Source of the DNA: the human T2T-CHM13v2.0 reference genome, Homo sapiens | Assembly: GCF_009914755.1 (NCBI RefSeq) | Contig: NC_060947.1 | DNA: 64,000 nucleotides | Reading direction: 5' to 3' (one strand) | Shown here: positions 24,516 through 37,711 of the stretch, one piece after another | Position numbering within the stretch: position 1 is the stretch's first letter | How the letters are laid out: the number at the start of each line of letters is the position of its first letter | The notes under the pieces: model-generated | The model's database searches: none | The model's input: the letters and a program-made list of their open reading frames with translations, nothing else | What the model was told of the DNA's origin: nothing | Made by a program: the position numbers and the translations under genes

Positions 24516-26786
24516 TTTGTTAGGCCATTTTTGCATTGCTATAAATAAATACCTAAGACTGGGTAATTTACAAAGAAAACAGGTTTAACTGGCTCACAGT
24601 TCTACAGGTTTCACTGGAAGCATGGTGCTGGCATCTTCTCAGTTTCTAGGGAAGACTCAGGAAGCTTACAATCATGGTAGAAGCCAAAGTGGAAGCAGGC
24701 ACATCACATGGCAAAAGCAGGAGCAAGGAAGAGAGAGAATGAGGTGTGAGGTGCCACACACTTTTAAATGACAAGATCTCAAGGGAATTCTATCACAATG
24801 ACAGCACCAGTCCATGAGACATCTGCCCCCATGATCTATACACCCACCAGGTCCCGTCTCCAGCATTAGGGCTTACAATTCAACGTAAGATTTGGGTGGA
24901 AACAATTATCTAAACTATATCATTCCACCACTGGCCCCTCCCAAACCTCATGTCTTTCTCACATTGCAAAATACAATCATGCCTTCCGAACAGTCCCTCA
25001 AAATCTTAACTCATTCCAGCATTAAAAAAAAGGGGGCTATGTGTCCTATGCAAGTTCAAAATCCAGCAAGGAAGTCATTAAGTCTTAAAGCTCCAAAATA
25101 ATCTCTTTGACTCCACGTCCCTCATCTAGGGCATGCTGGTGTGAGGAGTCGCCTCCAATGGCCCTGAGCAGCTCCAACTCTGTGGCTTTGCAGGATACAG
25201 CCGACATAGCTACTCTTTAGGTGTAGGGTGCAAGCTACTGATGGATTTGACATTCTCGGGTCTGGAGGACGGTGGCCCCCATCCCACAGCTCCACTAGGC
25301 AGCACCCCAGTGGGGACTCTGTGTGGGGCCTTCGACTCCACATTTTCCCTGTGCACTGTCCTAGTAGATGTTCTCTGTGGGGGCTCTGCCCCTGCAGCAG
25401 GCTTCTCCCTGGATACCCAGGCTTTTTTCATACATCCTCTGAAATCTAAGTGGAGGCTGCCAAGCATTCTTCACTCTTGCATTCTGCACACCTACAGGCT
25501 TAACACCACATGAAAACCACCTTGGCTTATGGTTTGCATTCTCCAAAGTGGTACCTCAAACTGTACCTGGGCCCCTTTGAGCCACAGCTGGAACTGGAGT
25601 GACCAGGATATGGGGTGCAGTGTCCTGAGGGTGTGCAGAGCAGTGAAGCCCTGGGCCTGGCCCATGAATCCATTCCATTCTCCCAGGCCTCTGGGCCTGT
25701 GATGGGACAGGCTGCTGGGAAAGTCTCTGAAGTGCCTTTGAGGCCTTTTCCCCATTGCCTTGGATATTATCACTTGGTTCACTTTTAGTTATGCAAATAC
25801 CTCTAGCAAGTGGCCTGCTAGAATACCTCTCCCTAAAGAGCTTTTTCTTTCTCTGCCACAGGGCCAGGCTGCAAGGTTTCCAAACTTTTACACTCTGCTT
25901 CCCTTTTAAACATACGTTCTAACTTAAGTCATTCCTTTGCTCCTGCATCTGAGCATAGGCTATTAGAAGAAGCCAGGGTAGCTCTTGAATGCTTTGCTGC
26001 TTAGAAATTTCTTTCACCAGATGCACTAAATCATTACTCTTTAGTTCAAACTTCCACAGATTCCCTAAGGCATGAACAGAATGCAGCCAAGCTCTTTGTT
26101 AATGCATAACACACGTGACATTTGCTCCAGTTCCCAATAAGTTCCTCATTTCCATCTGAGACCTCAGCAGCCTGGACTTTATTGTCCATATCACTATCTG
26201 CATTTGGTCACAACCATTTAACCAGTCTCGAGGAAGTTCCAAACTTTCTCTCATCTACCTGTCTTCTTCTGAGCCCTCTAAACTCTTCCAACCTATGCTC
26301 GTTACCCAGTTCCAAAGTTGCTTCCACATTCTCAGTCATCTTTATAGCAATACCCCACTCGTGGTACCAATTTTCTGTGTTAGGCCATTCTTGCTTTGCT
26401 ATAAAGAAATACCTGAGAATGGTTAATTTACAAAGAAAACAGGCTTAATTGGCTCATGGTTCTGCAGGCTTTACAGGAAGCATGGTTCTGGCATCTACTT
26501 GGCTTCTACGGGGGCCTCAGGAAGCTTACAATCACAGCAGAAAGCAAAGAGAGAACAGACACGTCATGCGGCAAGAGCAGGAGCAAGCAAGAGAGTGGGG
26601 TCGGAGGTGCCACACACTTTTAGATGACTAGATCTTGTGAGAACTCACTATAACAAAGTCAGAACTGAGCCACGAGGGATCCGCCCCCATAATCCAAACA
26701 CCTTCCACGACGCCCCACCTCCATCATTGGGGATTATAATTCAACATGAGATTTTGGGGACAGGGTCAAGTATCCAAACTATATCA
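24516..26786 (-). mobile_element. Complete MST (MSTA-like) MaLR element: LTR 24516-24922, internal region 24923-26375, LTR 26376-26786
   Basis: Two homologous LTRs (gttaggccatt...gctataaa...aaactatatca) flank a THE1/MST-type internal region (ggctttgcagg, ctctgcccctgcagcag, ggtaccaatt next to the LTR). Confidence 0.92.
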
Positions 26787-27639
26787 CCTTGCAATAAAAA
26801 AGGTCAAAGGCACTGAGGATTCACACTTTTCTGTCACTATCTGCCTTGAATCAGTAAGAGGCAGCACCCTGGGTAAATGTAGTGGCTCCTATGGGCTCAA
26901 CCTTTCCCTTGGGTTTGCTGTCCTGATGTCTGGACTTGAGAGAGTTGGGGGATGTGACAGAGTACAAATGTCAGAAAACCCTTTTCACTATAGATCTAAA
27001 ACCAAATTCTTCTGCTGGATTTATTAGTAATAATTCTGGCATTCTGTCTCCATTTCTCCACCTCTTGAATTTTATTTCCCAATGAACTTTTAACTTGGAA
27101 AGGAATGAATGGAATAATATTTATTGGCATACACCCTCTCCATCATCAAAATTGAAAAACCTGACTAGCGTGGCTCCTGTGGGTTCCTCAAATTCGATAT
27201 TTATAGGTTGAACAATAAAGGGTTAAAGACAGAGAAGAGCCTGCATGGCCCCCTCTACTACAGTGCACCCTCCAGGGTCTACTAAGCCAGGCTGAGTATC
27301 TGCTTTGATAATACAAGAATTAAGAAAATAACTGGTCTGTCCTCAAAACCCTGGAACAATGTAGACACAGAGCCCTCATTCAGCATTCTCCTGGTTCAAT
27401 CATTCAAGCCTCTTATGTATCTACCTCATGGGATCTGAGAGCCTTGCTGAGGATTTCCCTGTGTGTTAGCAGTCAAGCCAGAATCAATAGACTGAATTCC
27501 CTGGCTACTTGAAGTCCTCTTTGAACTAGGAATGCATTATCAGCTCTAAGTCAACAATGTTGGGGTATATTTTCTTAATGACCTAAAAATTCATCTAACT
27601 ATGCCACCAACTAGCACATTTTCCCAGGCTGTGGATAGT

Positions 27640-27936
27640 GCATGATGTTTTGATATATGTATACATTGTGGAATGAGTAAATCAATCTAATTAACACATC
27701 CATATCCATATCACCTCACATCCTTATTATTTTGGAGAATGAGAACATTTATTTTTTGGTTTTTTTTTTCTTTTTTTTATTATACTTTAAGTTTTAGGGT
27801 ACATGTGCACATTGTGCAGGTTAGTTACATATGTATACATGTGCCATGCTGGTGCGCTGCACCCACTAACTCGTATACTCTCTTAGCACATTAATGTTAA
27901 CTATAGTCACCATGCTGTACAATACATCTCCAGAAA
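27640..27936 (-). mobile_element. L1MA 3' fragment, interrupted by a short L1PA2 tail
   Basis: catgatgttttgatatatgtatacattgtggaatg...gagaacattt|...|atactctcttagc...taactatagtcaccatgctgtacaata. Confidence 0.85.
27751..27874 (-). mobile_element. Extremely 5'-truncated L1PA2-like 3' end (~95 nt plus tail)
   Basis: ttattatactttaagttttagggtacatgtgcacattgtgcaggttagttacatatgtatacatgtgccatgctggtgcgctgcacccactaactcgt; carries GAG rather than the ACA/ACG of L1HS. Confidence 0.9.
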
Positions 27937-27944
27937 ATATGCTA

Positions 27945-28135
27945 GCTTTGCCACTTTTGGACTGCATGACTTTGGAAGAGTTAGTCAAACTCATTAAGCC
28001 TCAATTTCCTTATGTGTAAAATGGCTAAATTAGCATTAACTGCCTGTAAAATGAGTTTTGAGGCTTAAATGAGAAGATATATTCCACTTTTCATAGTACC
28101 TAGCATACAGTGGGTTTATCATATATGTTAATTTA
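27945..28135 (+). mobile_element. MIR SINE
   Basis: ctgcatgactttggaagagttag...aagcctcaatttccttatgtgtaaaatgg. Confidence 0.75.
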
Positions 28136-28147
28136 CTCCCTCTGTCA

Positions 28148-28184
28148 AATGGCAAAAGCACGATTATTTTTGCACCAACCTAAT
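28148..28184. mobile_element. Half MADE1 (Hsmar1-derived MITE) TIR
   Basis: aatggcaaaagcacgattatttttgcaccaacctaata resembles the reverse complement of the Hsmar1 TIR ttaggttggtgcaaaagtaattgcggtttttgccatt, ending in TA. Confidence 0.75.
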
Positions 28185-28199
28185 AATATTCCAAATGAA

Positions 28200-29460
28200 T
28201 GTTTCAACAAATTTGTAATTTCTCCTTTAAATTGCCTATCCAAATCCTTTGTTCATTTATCTATTAGGTAGTTCTTTTCTCTTATGAATTTGTAGGAGTA
28301 TTTTTATATTAGTAACATCAAGACTTTCTTCTATCAGATGTATGCAAATATTTTCTTCCAATAGATTAATTTTATATAATTAAATCTGTAGAGATTTTTT
28401 TTCTTTAAAGAACATGGATCTATGTCTTGTTTAAGGAACATCACCCCACAGACATATACATATTTTTATACCGTTTTCTAATACTTCAGTAGTTCTTTTT
28501 TACATTACTTTTAATATATCTAGAATTTACCTTTGTACATGTTGTGAAGAAGCAGTTCTATTTTTATTTTCTTCTAACACCATATATTGAAAAAGTCACA
28601 GTTTTGCTACTGATTTCAATAATACTTTTATCATGCAGCAGATTCCCACAAATACCTGGATCTGTATTCTCCATTCTGTTCCACTGATTTGCTTGTCCAC
28701 ATTTGGACCAATATTACTCTCATTTACATTAAATTTCATACCTAACGGGGCACTTTTCCTTCACTTTTCTTTTTTCCTAAGATTCCCTTAACAATTGCAG
28801 CACCTGTGTTCTTCCATAGAAACTTTAGAATCATGATCTTAAGTTTTAAAAAATATTATTAAGTGCTTAAGATAACATAATTCTTGCCATGCAGGGGGCA
28901 TGGTATGTCTCTCACCTTCTACAGCTCTTGTTTTTTTTTTTTTTTCTATTGAATACAATGTTGTGATTAATCTCACATAGATTGTATTGTCATAATTGTA
29001 TTGTCCTAATTAATTCTATTCCTGGGTAATTTTTTAAATTACTACCTTGTTTGTGAATGGGATTTTGTCCTGTTTCTAACTGGTTAGTGTCAGTATAATT
29101 AAAAGCAATTGTTTAATAATATATATTTTGCACCAAGCCACCCAGTTAAATTCTTATTCATTCAAATGATTTTATAGTTGAATCTCTTGGATTTTATAGA
29201 TATATAGTGGTACTGTATGCAAATAATAATAATTTTGTCATTTTCCTATTTATAAAACTAATTTCTTTTCCATGGCACACAACACTAACGAGTACTTCTA
29301 AAACAGTGTTGAATAGTAGTAACAATGGGGAAATCCCTGTCTTGTTTCTGATTTTAATGAAAATGCCATTTATATTTCTCTATTTATTATGATGTTTACT
29401 ATTGGTTTATGGTAAATGCACTTCGACGTGTTTAAGAGTTGGCATTATTTTCTTAATTTT
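28200..29460 (-). mobile_element. Ancient L1M ORF2 fragment
   Basis: tgcctatccaaatcctttgttcattt...tattctccattctgttccactgatt...aaacagtgttgaatagtag...ccctgtcttgtttctgattttaatg. Confidence 0.75.
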
Positions 29461-29484
29461 TAAAATTTTTAATTATCCAGGTGC

Positions 29485-29650
29485 AGAGAGCCAAATATCA
29501 CATATTCTCACTCATATGTGGAAGCTAAAAAAATTGAAATCGTGGAGATAGAGAGTAGAATAATGGTTACCAGGGGCTGAGAAGGGTAGTGGCAGGGGGA
29601 GGTAGACAGGGAATGGTTAATGGGTACAAACATACAGTTGGGTAGAATTA
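29485..29650 (+). mobile_element. L1MA 3'UTR fragment
   Basis: cacatattctcactcatatgtggaagctaaaaaaattgaaatcgtggagatagagagtagaataatggttaccaggggctg. Confidence 0.8.
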
Positions 29651-30404
29651 GCTTTTTTTCTGTTTCTACTGATGATATGGCCTATTTACTTCAAATCTCT
29701 CATACTGAGAGATCTATCATACTGATTACCAACTGTTGAGACAGGCTTGCATTTCTATAACGAACCTAACTTTGTAATTAAAATGTTTCTGTCACTCTTC
29801 CCCTCCAACTCTCCAACTTCTCTGCCCAACAGTCAACCTGACTCCATGGAGATAAATGAGTTAAAGGAAATCTATTTGTTCAGGAATGTCAGAAGACTGA
29901 CTTGTGTGCTTCCCTGCCCTTTATGGTCTCCACTCTGGGTTAGGTACCTCTGCTTTTCAGTTCTTTGCTTTTTCAAGCTGGGAACTTGCCATGAGTCACA
30001 ATGGCAGCTGGGCTTCAGAGGAAAGCTGGTCTGAGTCTGCTAAGTTGTCTGCCTATGCAGATGTTATTTCTATCTTGCTGACTGAATGACTTTTCATAGT
30101 TCAGCCACACATGGCCCAGATGGCAATAAGTTTCGGAATCCCATAGCATTCCTTTTGATTTCTGGGATATGTGCATTTTTGTAATAAGCAGTAAGGAGAA
30201 CAATGTAGGCTACCTTTTAAATAAGACTGTCATGAACATTTGAGCGAGATCTAAATGTTTTCCTGCCACAGTCCAAAGCCAAGTCAATTAACATCTTCTT
30301 CCTAGATGTCAATGACAGTTTAAAACACTACATAGTAACATATATTCACCACATTTTACTTTTCTAGAACAGTCCCTCCCAAGTTATAGCTCAGACTCAT
30401 GTCT

Positions 30405-30580
30405 GTCATTCACTGAGTAGGTGCATAACCAACTCTGTAGGAAGTGTGCTAGGTTCTAGCCATTCAAATTGAGTCAAAAGCCTGCTCTCAAGGCACTCTA
30501 ATAGGGAAGAGACATATGTCAACAGATCAATGTGATACAATGAGATGAGGTGCAATAAAAAAAGAGGTATAGGATCCATG
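30405..30580 (-). mobile_element. L2 3' fragment
   Basis: tcattcactgag...ctctgtaggaagtgtgctaggttctag...cctgctctcaaggcactc. Confidence 0.6.
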
Positions 30581-33500
30581 TCCTTCAAGTCTTCCCCCTT
30601 AGCCTCCATCTTGGATATGGTAATCAACTTTCTTTCTCCAGTCTTAATCAGGGGCTTCATCCAAGACAATAATCTATCTTCAAGACATTATCTTCTAAAA
30701 TGCAATAACATACTAAGAAGAGTGGCTAATCATCTCTATATCCCCAACAGTGCCAAACGCAGAGCCTTGCTTTGAATCAGGAGGTGCTCTGTCTGCTTTG
30801 GATTGCATGAACACATAAATACAGCCAAATATCAAAAGCATTAAGGCCTACAGAGATAGAGTAAAAAGCAAAAATGAATGAATGAATAGGGAATAAAGAG
30901 GCTGATAAAAATGGATAAATGCACATAAAAGCATCACTAGTGCCACAAAGTTATCTCTCTCAAGTAAAATGACACTAACAGCACCACTTTCTCTCAAAGG
31001 GAGGCCACTATGTTTTAAAATAGAATGTGCTATATGCCTCCAGCTTATTTTCTTATAGATGTTGGGTGTATTCTGACAAAATCTAGATTTTGCTTTCATG
31101 CACGTGTTTTTTAGTCACTTGGAAATGTAATAGCTCAGAACAGCCATTTTTAGTCATAGTTAATTCAGATTGCCTGAAATAACACTATGCCTCAAATAAA
31201 TCAGCCTTTACTATATGTGTATAAAAAATTGACCAATACTTCATACACACTCCTCCTCTCTGGTTCTTCCTCATGACATCTTTTATATAGGTGTGAGAAG
31301 CATTGCCTCAACTTCAAATTCTTCAGTCTGATTCGATAAACTTTCAACTGCCTGGCATAACTGGGGAATGGCATATATAGGTCAATGAAACATTCTAGTT
31401 ACTGGAGACCCACCAAATATACTTAAAGCCTCACTAAATATACCACACACAGATAGAAATATACAATAGTAAAATGACAACTAAGCCAAATTTGATCTTT
31501 CTCTGATGATTCAGAAGCTCTTTTAAATTCAATAATCAAGGTGTAAGATGTCCTAGGTAGCATGGTAGGTCATTCATCACTGGGCATGTCTATTACCATC
31601 ATCATTCCAGCCCTAGAACTGGCTAACATATCACAGACAGATAAGTTACAGAATGTCACAAACACCTACTTTGGTTATCCAGATATCACAGAACCTTAAA
31701 ACCTGAAGAACCTTGATCAGGTTGTGTATCCTAAGTCAGGATCATTTAGCCTGGGAGTGCCCCATTTTACTCAGACCTTAGAACCTTTTATTCAAATGAA
31801 ACCCCAAGAATAGCCCCTATATATAGACCAGTGGACAAAAGAACTACTTGGGTCATAGTTGGGGATTAAGGTCGCAGAGTCCCTCCTGCAGTGATCTCTG
31901 TGGCACCTCTGTGGAAGCCTATTACTACAGAACATAGTTTATAATTAATAGTTTTGACTAAACAAGTAGTTTTCAAATGAGGAAAGTAAGATCCACAACA
32001 TTAAAGTGACTTGCTCAGGTCACCCTATAAAGCAGTGACTGATCTAGAACAAAAAGCCAAGTCTCCTGATTCCCAGTCAAAGGGCATTTTTCCACCCACT
32101 AGCAGTCTGCCTGTGCAGTTTCTCTTGTCCTATATTTGCCCTACAAAATATGAATTAGCACTGATATCTGAGAGTTCAAGGTTAAGCATTATGACGGATT
32201 TCAGCCATGTTCTAAAACTTCTTCTGAAAAAAATGATGTTTCTCTTATTTTAGGCCATCAATCCAACAATGGAATATCCCATATCCAGGAGTTGGTATAA
32301 ATTACAAGTCTCTGAAGCTTTAGTTCTAACAATTACCAGTTTAGCAGAAGTTGCTTTATAGTTCATTCATCTGTTCATATCTTTATGTTATATATTGGTT
32401 TTTGTATGGAAACATTCTTTCCAACTTTGCCTTGTTTTAGTATCCTGGAACCTAGCACTGGTAATAATGGTTATTTATAAAAATCATAAGTTAAAAATAA
32501 TAAAAATAGAATGTGACATGCTTTAATGTGAAAATTTTGTTTTCACACCACACACACACACACACACTCATTACACTAATATGAAGATATTTCAAAAAGT
32601 TAGTGGAAAAAATGGAAGTAAAAGATAAAAATAAAAAATATAAACTTTATTCCTCAATGTAAGCTCCATCAAGGTCAAGACAGTTTTGTAAGTGATGATC
32701 CCAGCCATTTAGTCCACCTCTAAAGAACTGAGCATCCTGGAAATTTAACCATGTCACTGCAGTCTTTTTTACATTATTAACTGGAGAAAAATGAGTGCCC
32801 TTTACAGATCTTTTTAAGATGAGGAAACAAAAAGAAGTCAGCAGCAGCCAAATAAGGACTTAAAGTAGATGCATAACAATTTCCCATTGAAACTCTTACA
32901 AAATTGCCCTTGTTTGATGAGATGAATGAGTGGGAGTATTGTTGTGGTGGAGAAGGACTCTCTGGTGAAGCTTTTCCAGGCATTTTTCTGCTAAAGCTGC
33001 GCCTTGCTTTCTCAAAACACTCCTGTCATAAGCAGATGTTATCATTCTTTGGCCCTCCATTCGAAAGTCAACAAGCAAAATGCCTTGAGCATGTCTTGAC
33101 TGGCCTACTTTTGCTTTGACCGCTTCCACCTCTTAGTAGCCATTGCTTTTTGTTTGTTTTTGAAACACCAATTTTCTATATTTTATTTTATTTTTATTTA
33201 TTTTCATGATTTTTATCTTTTGTTTTAATTTTTCCATAAGTTATTGGGGGTACAGGTGGTATTTGGTTACATGAGTAAGGTCTTCAGTGGTGATTTGTGA
33301 GATTTTGCTTGCACCCATCACACAAGCTGTATACACTGCACACTATTTGTAGTCTTTTATCCCTTGCCCCCCTCCCACCCTTCCCCCCAAGTCCCCAAAG
33401 TCCATTTTATCCTTCTTATGCTTTTGTGTCCTCATAGTTTAGCTCCCACATATTAGTGAGAACACACGATGTTTGGCTTCCCATTCCTGAGTTACTTTAC

Positions 33501-34485
33501 TTAAGTCTCCAATCTCATCCAGGTCACTGCAAATGCCGTTAATTCATTCCTTTTTATGGCTGAGTAGTATTCCATCATAGATAGATATGTGTGTGTGTAT
33601 ATATCATATATCATTCCTCTGAGTACATATCCAGCAGTGGGATTGCTGGGTCAAACGGTAGTTCTACTTTTAGTTCTTTAAGGAATCTCCACACTGTTTT
33701 CCATAGTGGCTGTACTAGTTTACATTCCCACTAGCAGTGTAGAAGTGTTCCCTGATTGCTGCATCCATGCCAGCATCTACTGTTTTTTTTTTTTTTGGTT
33801 TTTATGGCCATTCTTGCAGGAGTAAGGAGGTATTGCATCGTGGTTTTGATTTGCATTTCCCTGATCATTAGTGATGTTGAGCATTTTTTCATGTTTGTTG
33901 GACATTTGTATATCTTCTTTTAAGAACTGTCTATTCATGTCTTTAGCCCACTTTTTGATGGGACTGTGTGGTTATTTTCTTACTGATTGGTTTGAGTTCC
34001 TTGTAGATTCTGGATATTAGTCCTTTGTCCGATGTACAGATTGTGAAGACTTTCTCTCACTCTGTGGGTTGTCTGTTTACTCTGTTGACTGTTCCTTTTG
34101 ATGTCTAAAAAGCTCTTTAGTTTAAGTAAGTCCCAACTATTTATCTTTGTTTTTATTGCATTTGCTTTTGGGTTCTTGGTCATGAAATCCTTGCCTAAGC
34201 CAATGTCTGGAAGGGTTTTTCCAATGCTATCTTCTAGAATTTTTATAGTTTCAGGTCTTAGGTTTAAGTCCTTAATCCATTTTGAGTTGATTTTTGTATA
34301 AGGTGAGAGATGAGAATCCAGTTACATTCTCCTACATGTGGCCAGCCAATTATCCCAGCACCATTTGTTGAAAAGGGTGTCCTTTCCACACCTTATGTTT
34401 TTGTTTGCTTTTCAAAGATCAATTGGCTGAAGGTATTTGGGTTTATTTCTGGGTTCTCTGTTCTGTTCGATTGGTCTACGTGCCT

Positions 34486-34788
<303 letters not shown>

Positions 34789-35228
34789 TGGTCTACATGC
34801 CTATTTTTATACCAGTACCATGCTGTTTTGGTGACTATGGCCTTCTGGTATAGTTTGAAGTCAGGTAACCTGATGCCTCCAGATTTGTTCTATTTGCTTA
34901 GTCTTGTTTTGGCTATGTGTACTCTTTTTTTGGTCCCATATGAATTTTAGGATTGTTTATTTTCTAGTTCTGTGAAGAATGATGGTGGTATTTTAATGGG
35001 AATTGCATTAAATTTGTAGATTGCTTTTGGCAGTGTGGTCATTTAAACAATATTGATTCTACCCATTTATGAGAATGGGATGTGTTTCCATTTGTTTGTG
35101 TTGTCTATGATTTCTTTCAGCAGCATTTTGTAGTTTTCCTTGTAGTTTTCTTTCCAGCATTTTGTAGTCTTCCTTTGTAGTTTTCCTTCAAGGAGGTCTT
35201 TAACCTCCTTGGTTAGGTATATTCCTAA

Positions 35229-35308
35229 GTGTTGTGTTGTGTTGTGTTGTGTTGTGTTGTGTTGTGTTGTGTTGTATTGTATTGTATTGTATTGTATTGT
35301 ATTGTATT
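35229..35308. repeat. (GTGTT)n(GTATT)n pentanucleotide microsatellite within L1 ORF2
   Basis: Direct reading; yields the [10 protein letters not shown] repeats in ORF 35067-35489. Confidence 0.95.
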
Positions 35309-37334
35309 TTGCAGCTATTGTAAAAGGGGTTGAGTTCTTGATTTGATCCTCCGCTTGGTCGCTGTTGGTGTATAGAAGAGCTACTGATTTGTGTATGTTA
35401 ATCTTGTATCCGGAAAGTTTGCTGAATTCTTTTATTAGTTCTAGGAGCTTTTTGGAGGAGTCTTTAGGGTTTTCGAGGTAAACAATCATATTGTCAGCAG
35501 TGACAGTCTGACTACCTCTTTACTAATTTGGATGCCCTTTATTTCTTTCTCTTGTCTGATTGCTCTGGCTAGGAATTCCAGTACTATGTAGAAGAGGAGT
35601 GGTGAGAGTGGGCATCCTTGTCTTGTTCCAGTTCTCAGAGGGAATGCTTTCAACTTTTCCCCATTCAGTATTATGTTGTAGTCATTGCTTTGATTGTACT
35701 TTGTCTTCAAGATTGTACTGGTCAAGCCAGGTTTTATCTCCTGTTATGCTTCTTTGAAGAAATGCTTCAGAATCTTGAATCTACTTGTTTAAAATTTCCA
35801 TTGAAAGCTCTGCTCTTATCTGCAGCTGATCTGGATGCAATGGGTGTGGCACCCATGGAGTGGAGAGTTTGCTCAACTTTAATTTTTCACTCAGAATTGT
35901 GTAAAATGAACAAATTGAGATGTCTATGGTGTTAGCTATAGTTTCTGCTGTTAATCGTCAGTCCTCTTCAGTTAAGGCATGAATAAGATGATTTTTTTCC
36001 TCACAAATTGATATGGATGGTCTGCCGCTTCAGGCTTCATCTTCAACATCGTCTTATCCCTTCTTAAACAAGTTATCCATTTGTAAACTGCTGATTCCTT
36101 TGGGGCATTGCCCCATAAGCTTTTTATAAAGCATCAGTGATTTCACTATTTTTCCACCAATCTTCAAGATGAATTTTATGTTTATTTTTGCTTCAATTCT
36201 AGCAGAATTCATGTTGCTGTGATAAGGGCTCTTTTCAAACTAATGTCTTATCTTTCTTAGTGCCTCAAAACTAGGTCCTGTTCAGATATGTTATACCAAG
36301 TTAGTATGAGTTTATTTTGGTGCAAAAATAAATAGAAATTCATGTGCAATTTTTTATAATACATATTTTTCATGAACTTCTTGAAGTCCTCTCATACAGG
36401 GTTAGGAAGCAACCAATCTTTGCTTTCTCAATATATTAATGAATGAATATAAGTGTCTGGGGAATCCCCAAAGCCTGCCACTTTTGTTCCTAGACAACAG
36501 CCTTCTCCAGCAAAGAATCTAAAAGTACCAACCATATAAGGAACACCTACTAGTACTACGTGTTTTACACAAATTAATCCTCAGAAATGGGTATATAATC
36601 CTCATATTTTACAGCTCAGGAACTGAGGGTTAGATAATTACTGAAGAACTAAGGTTCTCCCACTTGAAGTAAATTCACAGTGAGCCAAGAGATCAAACCT
36701 TGAAACCTGGACAGCCACTCTGTGTTAGCATCTCCATCTGAGGACCAAGGATAGCAAGACCGGCCCAGGGCAGTCATCACAAAATAAGGATTAGGAAGTT
36801 CATGTTTACAGCATTTACCCTAATCTCCTTTGAAAAAATACAAACTCCATGAAATTACCAAGCATTGTTGTTATTACAAGGGATTTTGAAAACGGCTGAA
36901 TGTACTTTCAACTCGAAAGACTGTGCTAGGAATCATTTTAATTCAGATTCTCATTTGGTATGAAAGCAATAAACATCCTTTTAAAAGATTTCCTTCTTTG
37001 CTCTAAGTGGTTATGAGTAATAATGTGGGTGTAAATCTCCTTAATTCTTCCTGAGCTATTTGAAATTCTTAATCATGATCAGAGTATAAAACAGAAGATA
37101 TTATGTGTGTATTAAAAATGGTATTTGCTGAAAAGTCACTTTAAGTTTTCTTTCTCTGGCTTAAATGATAGTAGTTTTCAGTGATGGAGCATGCGAGCCT
37201 TCAATGGGAGGAGAGCTGCTTCTTTGATGTTCAATTTAAGCCCTAGAAACTTACAACTTTTTTCCTGTCAAAGATGAATTTCAATCTCTTCAAATTAGCA
37301 GCGAAGGAGAAGCAAAGATGAGTAGACAAAGCTG

Positions 37335-37505
37335 TCTGGGGAGACAGAAAGAACCATGGACTAAAGTCAGGAGACTTGCCCACTAGGCCCATGTTGCCTG
37401 GTCATGTCCATTCCCTTCCCTGAGCTTCAACTGTCTCATCTATAAAATGATGGGATTGGGTAGATGACCTCTAATGCCCTCCCAGAACTTGGATGCAAAG
37501 ATTCT
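37335..37505 (+). mobile_element. MIR3/MIR-like SINE
   Basis: gaaagaaccatggactaaagtcaggagac...ctgagcttcaactgtctcatctataaaatga...tagatgacctctaa. Confidence 0.7.
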
Positions 37506-37711
37506 ATAAGAAGGGGCATCTGAGCTAAATCTTGAAGGCCTTGTCCACATATTTTAGAAATGACAGGAAAATACTTGTCGCTCCAATTAAATCCCTGGAT
37601 AGGAAATGACTTAAGATTAGTTAATTTATAGAAGTTGGTATCAGTATTATTTTCTGAGTATCACAACATTATATAAAAACCTGTCAAGAAGAAAAAAAAA
37701 AACAAACTTTT

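Noticed and set aside
24672-26631. Cluster of 60-108 aa ORFs in GC-richer sequence
   Set aside because: All lie within the MST LTR/internal region; not a host gene.
28981-29012. Short tandem duplications (attgtattgtc here; gcattatg near 63197; aagaaaatg near 51127)
   Set aside because: Ordinary slippage events with no further structure.
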